Shown: positions 25,394 to 37,443 of the stretch, piece after piece
How positions within the stretch are numbered: the first letter of the stretch is position 1
Layout of the letters: each line of letters opens with the position of its first letter
DNA from: Octopus bimaculoides
Lineage: Eukaryota
Direction: 5' to 3'
DNA: 64,000 nucleotides
Assembly (NCBI RefSeq): GCF_001194135.2
Contig: NC_068996.1
Coordinates: 7,719,875 to 7,783,874 of the forward strand
Made by a program: the position numbers and the translations under genes
Notes under the pieces: generated by a model
Database searches by the model: none
The model's input: the letters and a program-made list of their open reading frames with translations, nothing else
What the model was told of the DNA's origin: nothing

Positions 25394-25748
25394 GGATATG
25401 GCTGTGTGGTAAGAATTCCCAATCACATGGTTCTGGGTTCAGTCTCACAGCATGGCACCTTAGGCAAGTGTCTTCTACAGCCTCAGACTGACCAAAGCCT
25501 TGAGTGGAGTTGGTAGACGGAATCTGAAAGAAGCCCATCATGTGTGTGTATGTGTGTGTGTGTCTTTGTCTCCTCCATTTCTTGACAGCCAGTGTTGGTG
25601 TGTTTATGTTCCCGTAACTCAGCAGTTTGGCAAAGAGATTGATAGAATAAGTACTAGGCTTAAAAATAAATCCTGGGGTTGAATTGTTTGACAAAAACAC
25701 CTCAAGGTGGTACTCCAGCATGGCTGCAGTCAAATGACTGAAACGAGA
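25394..25748 (+). mobile_element. tRNA-headed SINE family C with an internal (GT)n tract (others ~8480-9095, 9830-10190, 12365-13030, 46135-46700, 60886-61240 +; 18705-19020, 37620-37987 -)
   Basis: Head tggctgtgtggtaagaag...ggttcagtccc, body gcaagtgtcttctactatag...ggatttggtagacgg, (GT)n, then ttgacaacc...gataga ataagtac...ctccagcatggc. Confidence 0.8.
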
Positions 25749-25823
25749 ATACACACACACACACACACACACACATAGTTTTGAATCTCTGAGCAAGAAA
25801 TATGTAGTAACAATACTGTCCAG

Positions 25824-26003
25824 TAAAGTCTATTTGCCAATGCAACATGGCAGTCCCACATAGGACAACGTTACTACCTTTTAGCCCCCAGGAAAACATG
25901 ATCATGTGTCAGTAGCCAGCTAGAAAAGATGTCTTCCTGAGGCTAAAAAAAAGTAGCATCGTCCTACATAGGACTTCCACACTGCACTGGCAAATAGACT
26001 TTA
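25824..26003. repeat. Fold-back (~76-bp arms, ~29-nt spacer) of an interspersed repeat also present at ~26100-26190
   Basis: taaagtctatttgcca...aggaaaacat versus atgtcttcctgagg...tggcaaatagacttta; differences are mostly transitions. Confidence 0.75.
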
Positions 26004-26052
26004 NNNNNNNNNNNNNNNNNNNNNNNNNNNNNNNNNNNNNNNNNNNNNNNNN

Positions 26053-26088
<36 letters not shown>

Positions 26089-27421
26089 GTGTAGTATATT
26101 GCCACTTAAGTGTGGCTGACCCCTAGGGGTGGATGTTACTGTTGCTTTTAGCCCCAGGAGGACATCTCCTCCAGCTGGCTTATCGACACACTACTGTGTC
26201 CTGTTTGCTAAGGGAAGTTATCCCTCCCATCATGATCTGTGGCACGAATTAACATTGCTTATATATATAATGTTTCCCCATAAAATGCTCTACACAGGCG
26301 CATAAGAGGTATAAACAAATGTCACAACCATACGAGCAGTACATTCATTTACAATCTTCCATGAAAACTTGTCTGGACATTGAAAATATCTTGCCTGGAA
26401 ATAGATGAAAGCTGGTGACAGGAAGGCCACTCAACTGTACAAATTCTGCCTCAACAAATTCTGTTTGGCCCATGCAAACATGGAACAGTAAACATTAAAA
26501 TGATAATTATGTGGATTAATAATGGAACAGTGTTCAAAATATAGCCATACTTATTTGGGGGACATGAGTGAAATGGCTTTAATGCTAAGACAAGATATCA
26601 ATTACATCATATCAAAATTATAAATCATTAAAAGAAAAGAAATAGCCCTTTATCTATCCAGCTCTAAGTCTGATTTAGGAACATCTATAGATATATGTTT
26701 CTAATTTAGATATATGGCCAATAATTCTGAAAGAAGTAGGCTAATTGATGCCATTGCCTTCGGTATTTGATTAATACATTATTTTATCAACCCTGGAGGA
26801 ATAAAAGGCATTGATAGAAAGTGAAATTTGAATGTAAAATGTTTTCATTTGATATTTCACAATGATACTGCCAGTCCAGAAATAGATTCTGACATTGGAA
26901 TGAGATTATGAATTTAAAGAAAGAAAACAGTGAAATTAATATATCCTTGTACATGTGGTAATCATTTCATTAACACAAAAAGGATGGAAGACCAAATTGA
27001 TTACAGTAGATAGAGATCAGTATGTAAAGGGACATTGCTGCATACAAGAAATTTTGTTCATTATCTTAGATATTCCGTCAGGTTAGCATCTTATTAGATA
27101 ATAGTTTGAAGCATTTGTAATAATCATTTATTTTAGCACAATGCAAGCAAATATAAGGGGTGGAGAAAAACAATTACATTAACCTAGTATTCAACTGGTA
27201 CTTATTTTACCAACCCTGAAAGGACAAAAGATAAAGTCAACTATGACAGCATTTGAACTCAGAATGTAAAGATGGACGAAATGCCACTTATTTTGTCTGG
27301 TATGCTAACGATTCCGCCAGATTGTTGCCTCTGAAGCATTCATAATAACAAATTTGGCATTTGTAGCAATGTTGAAATTTTTTGTGCTTTTTAATTACAA
27401 AGATAGTATTATTTTTTTTAA

Positions 27422-27638
27422 CCCTTTAACATTCAGATCACTGTCAAATGTAATGTTTATTTGTTCACACCAATTTTAATTAATTATGCTTTATATCATA
27501 GCTTTGAGATTTCAATGATGAGAATGTTTATTCTGAGAATGATAATGTAGGATAGATACGAGAAGCCAGATTTGGCCAGTTTGAATATAAAACAGGTAGA
27601 TTATTTGGCTGGATATGGCTGGTTTCAATGCCAAAGGG
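27422..27638. mobile_element. piggyBac-like MITE (TTAA target); related copies ~1981-2190, 10460-10620, 34800-35020, 43830-44045, 48460-48640, 57925-58013
   Basis: TTAA|ccctttaacatt ... aatgccaaaggg|TTAA: inverted termini with TTAA on both sides. Confidence 0.8.
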
Positions 27639-28042
27639 TTAAAGCATTTCTAAAAATCATCAGCATGGCTGTGTAATTAAGAATTTCACTTTCCAACCAC
27701 ATGGTTTCAGGTTCAGTCTCACCATATAGTACCTTGAGCAAGTGTATTCTACTATAACTCTGGGCTGACCAAGACAAAAAAAAAAAAAATTACAAAGGAT
27801 TATTATTATCATTATAATCATCAAGGTGGTGAGCTGGCAGGATTGTTAGCGCACTAGGCAAAATGCTTAGCAGGATTTCACTCATTGCTACATTGAGTTC
27901 AAATTCCGCTGAGGTCAACTTTGCCTTTCATCCTTTTGGAGTCAATAAATTATATACCAGTGAGACACTGGGGTCAATGTAATCGACTACTCCCCTCCCC
28001 ACAAATCTGAGGCCTTGTGCCTCAAGTAGAAAAAATTCATCA

Positions 28043-29303
28043 TCATCATCATTTAACGTCCGCTTTCCATACTAGCATGGGTTGGACGATTTGACTGAGG
28101 ACTGGCAAGCCAGAAGGCTGCACCAGGCTCCAATCTGATCTGGCAATGTTTCTACAGCTGGAGGCCCTTCCTAACGCCAACCACTCAGAGTGTAGTGAGT
28201 GCTTTTACATGTCACATGCCACTGGCACGAGGGCCAGTTACACGGTACTGGCAACGGCCATGCTCAAAAAAGTGTTTTTTACGTGCCACCTGCACGGGAG
28301 CCAGTCCAGCAGCGCTGGCAACAACCTCACACAAACGATTTTCTAACGTGCCACCAGCACAAGTGCTAGAAGGCGACGCTGGTAATGATTACGCTCAAAT
28401 GGTGCTATTTACGGGCCACTAGCATGGAAGCCAGACAGCTGCTCTGGCAATGAACACACTCGGACAGTGGTGTTAGTGCTCCACTGGCACAGGTGCCAGT
28501 CATCAAATATGGTTCAATTACGATTTTGATTTCACTTGCCCCAACAGGTGTTCGCNNNNNNNNNNCCCAACAGGTGTTCGCAAGCAGAGTTTAGTGTACA
28601 ATGAAGGAGAGGTTGGCATGGGAGCCAGTCATTGAATTTGGTTCGATTTCGATTTCAATTCACTTGTCTCAACAGGTCTTCGCAAGCATAGTTTTTAGTG
28701 TCCAATGAAGTAAAAATACGAATAAGTAAGCTGGCTACACTTCTGGTAAAGGCCACAGATTACGCTCTCCCTTGGCTTGCCGGGTCTTCTCACGCTCAGC
28801 ATATTTCCAAAAGTGTTGGTCAGAAGTCATCGCCTCAGTGAGGCTTAAAGTTCGAAGGTCATGCTTCACCACCTCAGCCCAGGTCTTCCTGGGCCTACCT
28901 CTTCCACAGGTTCCCTCAACTGCTAGGGTGTGGCACTTTTTCACACAGCTATCCTCGTCCATTCTTGCTATATGTCCATACCAGCGCAATCGTCTCTTGC
29001 ACACCACAACTGATGCTTCTTACGTCTAACTTTTCTCTCAAGGTACTTACATTCTGTCGAATATGCACACTGACATTACTCATCCATCGGAGCATACTGG
29101 CTTCATTCCTTGCGAGCTTACGCATGTCCTCAGCAGTCACAGCCCATGTTTCACTGCCATGTAACATGGCTGTTCGTACACATGTGTCATACAGTCTGCC
29201 TTTTACTCTGAGTGAGAGGCCCAATGTCACCAGCAGAGGTAAGAGCTCTCTGAACTTTGCCCAGGCTATTCTTATTCTAGCAGCTACACTTTCAGCACAC
29301 TCT
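28043..29303 (-). mobile_element. RTE-clade LINE, 5'-truncated: RT C-terminus plus ~700-nt 3' UTR ending in (GAT)n
   Basis: AESVAARIRIAWAKFRELLPLL...LHGSETWAV...RRLRWYGHIARMDE...GRGRPRKTWAEVVKHDL (one frameshift). The sequence continues on the same strand through tandem ~65-nt units to the (CAT)n at ~28043. Confidence 0.9.
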
Positions 29304-29467
29304 ATTATTATTATAGTGGGTAAAATTGCTAATACTTTGAACAAAATGCATAGCTGCATTTCTTCCAATTTTTTTTACATACCGAGTCCAAATACCAACA
29401 TGGTCAACCTTGCCTTTCATCCCTTCCAAGTCAAGTAAATAAAGTACCAGTGAAGTATCAAGTAGAC

Positions 29468-30125
29468 CAGTGGTTCCCAGCCTGGGGTCCATGGACCCCT
29501 GGTGGTCTGCAAAGTTAGTACTGGGGATCCGTGAACTAAATTCAAAATTTCATACACAGTAATCCCTCAACAATCGCGGGTGTTACATTCCAAAACACCC
29601 CATGATAGGTGAAAATCCGCGAAGTAGAAACAGTACTGTACTGTATTTAAAAAAAAAATTTTTTTCTAATTTGTAAATATTTATTTTATTATAAATGCAA
29701 AACACCACCACACACCTGCCTCCCGAGGTTCGTTTTCCATACAGTATATGCGATTCTTTGTTTACTCATCTGCGGTACACCATGTATTTTCTTTTAATAT
29801 ATTCTAATCAATGTGTTATACAGTACTGTAATTTTATTAATTTATAGGCATGAAAATGGTTATTTTACCACAGAAATAATTCAAATCTAAAAAAATATAA
29901 ATAGCAATCGGCCGCAGAAACCTACAATATACTGAGGAGTCTGCAATATAAATTTATGTATCTTAGCCAGAAAAATCTGCAATGTACTGAGGGAACATTA
30001 GGTGAACTGCGATATGGTGAGCGATTACTGATTATATATATATATATAAATATATATACAAGGATAAGCATATTAAAATGGGTCCGTGAAACAACTCATT
30101 TAAATAAAAGGGTTGGGAACCTCTG
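29468..30125. mobile_element. hAT (Charlie-like) MITE interrupted by a Tigger-like MITE
   Basis: TIRs cagtggttcccagcc / ggttgggaacctctg; 8-bp TSD aagtagac / aactagac (1 mismatch). Confidence 0.85.
29557..30030. mobile_element. Tigger/pogo-like MITE nested in the hAT MITE
   Basis: TIRs cagtaatccctcaacaatcgcg / gcgatatggtgagcgattactg; the TA target duplication is not cleanly preserved. Confidence 0.7.
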
Positions 30126-30689
30126 AACTAGACCGTCCCTTTAATGTCGCTGACATTTGGGCTAAAATTTGAAACGTTTTGAGAAAGTAATTCGGTGCAA
30201 GGGAGATAACTACAGCAGCGATGGGAAAGGGTTAGGGCAAATAAAAAAAAACATTCATTAACATCATTAAAATAGACGAAATTATCAAAACAATATTAGT
30301 AACCATAACAAATATTGTTTTTCTTTCCTCTTTCCTAGCCATGAGTCACAAATGCCATAAAAAAGTCACAAGTGATGTGTTCTTCGTGTGATTAAGACAT
30401 TAAAAATATATAAATTCAATATTATCATTACATTGAACGTTAACACTAAGCTAGTGTTTATTATTGTCAAATTCCGCTGAGATCGACTTTGCATTGCAAC
30501 ATTTTGGGGGTCTATAAAATAAGCACCATTTGAGTTCTGTAGTCAATGTAATTGCCCACAACCCTTTCAGGCCTTGTATCTATAGTAGAAAGGATTATTA
30601 TTATCATTATTCATGTGGTAAGTATTTGAAATATCTATTTTCTAATAATTTCTATGAGGCTAATATTGGCTGAGAAAATTCTTAAATAG

Positions 30690-32438
30690 GATTTTTTTAA
30701 AATCCCTAATTTTAAAAACTATCATTCAATGATATTTCGAAAATTTCTAAAAAAAATTCACAGTATGGGGAGATAAGCAGGGAAAGGTAAATATCAAAAG
30801 AGGAATCTTTCAAGGGGACAGTTTGTCGCCTCTCCTATTTGTTGTCTGCATACTGCCATTAACCAGCATTATAAGAAAGATGCGTGTGGGGTACATGCTA
30901 GGCAGGGTGAAAGTAAACAATCTGTGGTTTATGGATTGAGAGTTTGACGGCAACTGTGCAGATGATTAGCAAAGATATTGGCATGGAATTTGTGATCGAG
31001 AAATGTGGTGTAATGATTCTCAAAAGGGGGAAATTAGTAAAAGCCATGGGATCAAGCTGAAAAGCGGTGAAAGTATAAAGAAAGTCGGAGAGGAAGGATA
31101 TAAGTACCTGGGTATCATTGAAAGAGATAAGATGAATGAACACAAGATGAAATAAATGTGCAGGGAAAGAGTATTTGAGGAGAACTTGGCTTGTGCTCCA
31201 ACCGAAGCTAAATGTCCATTATAAGATTAGAGCGATTAACACGTGGGCTGTTGGTTTGATGAGATATGGGGCAGGAATAGTATCTTGGAAGAAGAATGAA
31301 TTACAAGAGACAGTCTGGGGAACACGTAAATTAAAGACAATGAACAAGAAACTACACTCCAAGAGCGATTGTATGTCAAGATTGTATGTAAAGAGGAAAG
31401 AAGGAGGTTGAGGATTGGTGGGTTGTGAAAGTTGTGTAAGGGAAGAGGAGAAGATCCTGGCTTGGTATGTCAAGGGGAGTAAAGAAGAAATGATTGAAGC
31501 AGTGAAAATGCAGGGAACATTAAAAGTGAATGAAGCTGTAGATCCAACCAGAGAGAGAGCAGATGAAGAAAATTTGGCAGGACAAGAAAATGCACACGTA
31601 GTTCTACAAGAATAAAGATGAGATTAATTAGAATAGAACCTGGCAAAGGCTGCAGAAAGGAGACTTTAAAGAGTCCACTAAGGCATTAGTGTGCAGCACT
31701 CAGGATCAAGCTCTCAGAGCAAACTACTCCAAATATCACATTGATAAAAGCACTGATTCGCCACAGTGCTCTGAGAAGGAAGAACGTATAAGCCATATTG
31801 TTAGTGAGTGCTGTAAGCTTGCACAACGCGAATACAAAAGGAGACCGGACAATGTAGCCAGATATGTCCACTGGCTGTTGTGCAGTGTAGCAAACTTTGA
31901 GAGAGACGAACAATGGTATGAACACAAGCCAGAGGGAGTAATGGAAAACGAATATTACAAAATATTCTGGGATTTTAACATAGAGTGCGACCAAGTCACA
32001 GAGGCGAGACGACTAGATATGGTGCTCATCCACAAAGAGGAAAAAGAAGCAAAGATGATAGATGTTGCAATACCAGGCGATTTGAGGGTGAAATGTAAAG
32101 AAACAGAAAAGATTGAGAAATATGAGACACTGCAGGACGAGATAGGAAAGTTATGGGGCATGAGGAAAGTAATTGTGATACCAGTGGTAATTGGAGCATT
32201 AGGAGCAGTTTCCAAGGGCTTTGAAAAACATATTAAGAATATTGGAGCTGCTGTCAGGCTCGAAGTGATCCAGAAGACAGCATTGTTGGGTAGAGCTCGC
32301 ATTTAAAGGAGTGTATTGTCGCTTTGAGTCACAGGAGAAGAAGGCACTACTTGAAACCTTTGGTGATTTGTTATTGCCTGCTTTCAAGTAAAGAACAATT
32401 GGAAATTTAGAACTATCCGAGAGTCTCTCAGAATAATA
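30690..32438 (+). mobile_element. R4/Dong-clade non-LTR retrotransposon (RT plus C-terminal restriction-like endonuclease), 5'-truncated and decayed
   Basis: GIFQGDSLSPLLF (30802-30840), GYKYLG, AINTWAV..MRYGAG, RLYVKRKEGG, partly deleted zinc knuckle (SPQC..HIVSEC), WDF..D..RLDMV...IDVAIPGD, IPVVIGALG; ends in (TAA)n. Confidence 0.88.
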
Positions 32439-32722
32439 ATCCTTTCTTCTACAGGCACAAGGCCTGAAATTTTTTTGGGGATGGGAGGGGCAGTCAATTA
32501 CATCAACCCCAGTGCATAATTAGTATTTATTTCATCGACCCCCAAAAGGATGAAAAGCAACGTCAACCTTGGCAGAATCTGAACTCAGAATGTGAAGACT
32601 GACAATGCACTACAAACTTTTTCCCTGAATATGTGCTGCTGAAATTTGGGTGCACCAAATAGGCCCTTGTGTCTTTTACCATCAAATAGGGTATGTAATA
32701 ACCCCCAACAGTATATATAATT

Positions 32723-32951
32723 CAGTGGTTCTCAACTGGCCGTAAATGGCCCTTGGGCTGTAAGATTTTGTTAGAATTTAACTGTAATAAATTTCTACAA
32801 TACACAAAATATTTTAATTTTTAATACAATTCCTAATAATATCTAATTATAAAAATATAATTTTTTTTAAACATCGAATGGTTATTAGGGTCCAACTAAA
32901 TAAAATAGGAATCAAACGGGTTCATAGTTTAAAAAATGGTTGAGAAACACT
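32723..32951. mobile_element. hAT-like MITE; similar element at ~9450-9810
   Basis: Termini cagtggttctcaac / ggttgagaaacactg; TSD not clearly matched. Confidence 0.65.
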
Positions 32952-33667
32952 GGGACAATTATGGTCAGTTTAAACTATTAAAAGAGTTATCTCCCCTTAC
33001 TGCGCAAAGCCAGAAACACTGGCATTCGAAATGTGAAGTAGAAAACTCAAGGGTCCAGAGGACGGATAGAGAGTGATTGAGGGCATGAATACACCGTATG
33101 CTTTCCAAAAATATTTAAGATTTTTATTCTGTGTGAGATTTAGGAGGTAAAATTACCAGTCAAAACGTTGTTTTTGACATTCCAAGTAATGTTTTAACAA
33201 TAATCTACACTATGCACAAGGTTTGAAATTTTGGTGAAATTGAACTAGTTGATTCTATCTTCCTCAGTATTCAACTGGTACTTATTTTATATCGACCTAG
33301 AAAGGATGAAAGGCAAAGTCAACGTTGGTGGAATTTGAACTTGGAACGTAAAGATGGATAAAATGCTGCAAAGCATTTTGTCTAGCTCCCTAACAATTAC
33401 ACCAGCTCACTGCCTTGCACACACAATAAAAATAATAATAGCAAATCTTGCCAATTTTAGAATAGGGGTAGCAATTATAGGAAAGGGAAAAGTTAATTAC
33501 ATCAACCTCAGTGCTCAACTAGTCCTGAACAAATGAAAGAGAAAGTCGATCCAACAGAATTTAATTTCAGAATGTAATGAAATGGAAAAAAATACTGCAA
33601 AACATTTTTCTTCTAACACAAAAGGTTCTGCCAGTTTGATACTTTAATAGAAACAACAATAGTAATA

Positions 33668-34027
33668 AAACCAAGAGCACTAAGAGAGCGCAAACCTCTG
33701 CCAAGGCAACACCAACATCCTCTCAACGATTAGCCGGAGATGATTTTTAGAACGAGAATATCTGAAATAAACTTGACTGCTGTCACAAACGAGAATACTA
33801 AAAATGAACCTGACCACTCTCAAAAATTTAAACAGGAAAAATAATCCAGAATCCTTGTCTGGTACCAGATCGATCCCAAAGTCTAATCAGTTTATGCCAG
33901 TCATGAGGCCAAACATCCCTGAAAGTTTCATTCGAATCCATTCAGCAGTTCTTGAGATATCTTGTCCAAACAAACAAACACAACTGAAAACAATACCTCC
34001 GCTTTTGCTAAGGCAGAAGCAATAATA
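33668..34027 (-). mobile_element. Helentron/HINE (DINE-1-like) non-autonomous element, near full length; split copy at 58951-59150 and 59865-60005
   Basis: Terminal hairpin (cctctgc..gcagagg type), subterminal gccttggcagagg..gcgctctc..agtgct, and body gtttgtttg...gatgaaactttcaggg..ttggcctcatga. Family assignment is from recalled consensus shape. Confidence 0.55.
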
Positions 34028-34349
34028 AGGGTTTCAAATTTTAGCAGTTTTGGGGAAGGGGTGAGTTGATCACATCAACCCCAGTATTCAACAGGTACTT
34101 ATTTTATTGACCCCCAAAAGGATGAAAAGCAAAGTCGACCTTGGTAGAGTTTGATCCCAGAACAGAATGTAAAGATAGACAAAATGGTGCTAAGAATTTT
34201 ACCCAGTATGCTAACAATTTTGCCAGCTCACTACTTTAATAACAATAACAATACAGGTGTTCTTACTCATAAGGTTAAAATATCCACAATTCATGATAAA
34301 AAGAACGACCCTTTCAAAATTGTATTATAGCATTATTTCATGAGTTAGC

Positions 34350-34414
<65 letters not shown>

Positions 34415-34624
34415 CATGTGTGTGTGTGTATGCATGTGTGTGAGAGAGAGATGGGCCCTGCATAATTTCCCTTTATCAGATTTCATTTGCCAAAACATTG
34501 TTGGATCCAAGACAAGGTAATGTGCAGTGGATGGGATCAAACCCAGAACTATATGATTGCAAACTTAACCACCCCAGTCAATACAATGAAAGAACATAAA
34601 AAGAGGAACATTAAGATTGCTTAC

Positions 34625-34720
34625 TTGACTAGCTGATACAAGCCTTGTTCTATTAACTTCACTCAAGTCTTCTTCATCTTCAAACTCTAAGAGACTTTCA
34701 ACATCAAACTGATCTTCCTC
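34625..34720 (-). CDS. PDZD8: PDZD8 exon (acidic linker into C-terminal C2 half): EEDQFDVESLLEFEDEEDLSEVNRTRLVSASQ
   Basis: Acceptor aaatatttcag|, donor CAA|gtaagc; 96 nt, phase 0 to 0. Joins the next exon to give RTRLVSASQ-NPCWNE, the typical C2 'T..v....NPxWNE' motif. Missed by the ORF track. Confidence 0.85.
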
Positions 34721-36223
34721 CTGAAATATTTCAAATAGAAAAATTATTTAGAAAACTATCTTTTTTTTTTCTAAAGAATTTATAAGAATTTTTGAAAAAG
34801 GCACCTTTAGCATTCAGGTTACTTTGACAAATGTAATGTTTATTTATTCACACTGTGTAGAATTAGATATTATCCTGTAGCTTTAAGATTTCAATGATAC
34901 AATTGTATATTTTAAGAATGACATTTTAGAGTTGGTGTGAGAGGCCAAATTGGGTCAGTTTGAACAGAAAACAAGTAGAATATTTTGGCTGGAAAGACCA
35001 GTTTAAATACTAAAGGATTAAAGTGGTTGGCATTACAGGTCAACCAAGTATAGAAATCATGCCAAAAACAAGCATCAAGTAGGTTGCAGTTCTTGGACTT
35101 ATTGGATCCTGTCCAACTGTCCAACCCATGCTAACATGGAACATAAGTCTGCTCAATCAAGCCTGAAAGAACAATGTAATCCTAGATTAGATTCTTAGAT
35201 ACATTATGTCTCAACAGAAAAGGTCATGGCTGGAACATTTTATATAGACCTGCTCAATCAGGACTGGCCTGGAGTTAAATACCAAGGAGAGATACATTGT
35301 TTAGTCCTAATCCTAGATACCTGATGTCATAATAAATGGTATGGACACAGCCAGAACACCTTTCATTATAGGCCTGTTTGTTCAGGACCCAGAGATAACC
35401 TCAGAACTGCAACATATGTAAGCTTTTATATGGTTACTCAACCTATTAGAAAGAACAACCAAACTTCACTCTGCAATCTTAACATGGAAGGACACAATCT
35501 TGGATACCCCTCCAGAATGCTAGGGTGGTTACAGAGAGAATGCCTTTGATCATGGATGAGCTGGTACAAACAAAATTTTAAATAATTAAAATTTCTTCAT
35601 TCACCCAGAAGTCCAGATACAAACTAATTACCAAAAACAGAATAACTTCCAAAATAAAGGTTAATAACCACAAGTTTCAGTCTTTGTTGCAGTGATGTGG
35701 CTTGTGTCCTTAAGAAGGATGCCAACAACAAAATATAAGCTCTTGTTCTGGCCTCCCAAGATGGACAGGTCAAAGGATAAGGGCCAGACTCATATGGACC
35801 ACTTTCTCCGAAAGATAAAAATGGATTTGTGTAGGACCAACACCCTCACCTAAAAGAAACGCATAGTTACAGAAGCGTTGTTGATAATGCAATAACCAAG
35901 AAGACCTGGGAGAAGAAAGTCTCTCAGTAAACATATGACTGTAGCAGAAGTTACAAGGAAGTAAGGATCCAAATATAGAGAAGCCAAAAAGACAACCCAA
36001 AGTGAAGAATAGCGGAAAAAAAATCATTGATGGTCCATGTTCTATAGGAGGCAAAAGACTTAAGTATGTAAGGGTTAACAGGAATATTTTTCGTTTAAAT
36101 CTCTTGATGCTTCCAGATCCAAAATACAAAAATCAAAGGAAAAAAGAAATCCCTAAAATATTTATTGTTCATTATTAATTCAGCAGATTAAAAAAAAAAA
36201 AAAAACAATTTAAGGATACATAC

Positions 36224-36414
36224 GCCTTTACTAGATTTCCTCAATATAATTGGGGGTTCCATTTGGGTGCTAAGTTGTGAAGGCTTAACTTGTGGCTGTC
36301 TTTTAGGGGAGACCATTGGAGATTTACTCTCACAGCGACTTGTATCAAAATTCCTTACTTCAAGACGACGAGGTTCATTTTTATCAACTGGCTGGATCTG
36401 GATCTCGACTTTAT
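36224..36414 (-). CDS. PDZD8: PDZD8 exon (linker): (D)KVEIQIQPVDKNEPRRLEVRNFDTSRCESKSPMVSPKRQPQVKPSQLSTQMEPPIILRKSSKG
   Basis: Acceptor atttgttttgtag|, donor GGC|gtatgt; 191 nt, phase 1 to 0. Phase-compatible; low-complexity linker with little recognisable homology. Confidence 0.85.
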
Positions 36415-37277
36415 CTACAAAACAAATGTAGAACATATATGTATATGTATATTAATTCAACTTACATTGAAAATCAAACAAAGTTTGCTTTAGAAGTGTT
36501 GAGATGTATTGAAAGATAGAGGATAAGGAAATAATTTTATTCTCAAGTGCAGGAAATGCTAATAATATAGCATGAAAAAGATAAACTATCCATATTTTTG
36601 CAGAAAAATCTGTTGGTGGCCAGGTTGGCAGCCAACAGGTTTTTTCTGTAAAATATGGATAGTTATATTATTAGCATTATCCTGCATTTGAGAATAAAAT
36701 TATTTCCTTATCTGTATCTTATATATGTATATATGTGTGTGTGTGTGTATTTAAGGTTAGTCAGTAGAGGCACAAGCTCTCAAGTACCAGAAGGAAAACA
36801 AATAATCAAATGTAAATATTCTACTTTATTTGGTTAGTATTTCTAGCATTTAAAGTAACAAAGTACAGCTCCCTTATTGACTTTTGGTGTTGGTGGTGTC
36901 ACTGATTAGTGCCAGGTCAGCCCTGATGAAACAGACCCATGACCAAAGCCATTCCAACAATGACTAACCTGTCTTTCCACATACATTGTATCTCAGGCAA
37001 TATTATTCAATTTTTTGTTTTTTTTTTAACAATTCTTGAAAGAAGTTTCATTTCATTTTTTTCTTTTTTAGCAGATCAAGCAACTCTGTGAGACTCCCTT
37101 GTTTGTTTTGTATGTTAACAATGATGATGATTGCAGTGGTAGTAATGATAATGATGGCGGTTATAATTAAATTCGATATTAAGACAATGCTGATGATGGT
37201 GACTATGATAGCAGTGTAGTTGGATGCCAGTAATGATACAAATAGCAATGACAATTCTAAAGTGAAATTATACTTAC

Positions 37278-37443
37278 CCAAAGAATTTTTAGACAGTCGA
37301 CGGTGAGTTAGTTCAGGACAAGGAAGACCATGTGAATCTTTCTTTGAAATTCTATCTGAAGACTTCATTTCGGATTCGATTTCTTCCCAGGCTTTGTTAT
37401 CAGCTAATGCATATTCAGAGTCAAGGGATTCTTCACTTTTTTC
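37278..37443 (-). CDS. PDZD8: PDZD8 exon (linker): EKSEESLDSEYALADNKAWEEIESEMKSSDRISKKDSHGLPCPELTHRRLSKNSL
   Basis: Acceptor taattttcttgtag|, donor G|gtaagt; 166 nt, phase 0 to 1; open frame. ESLDSEY resembles the vertebrate ELDSEF. Confidence 0.87.
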
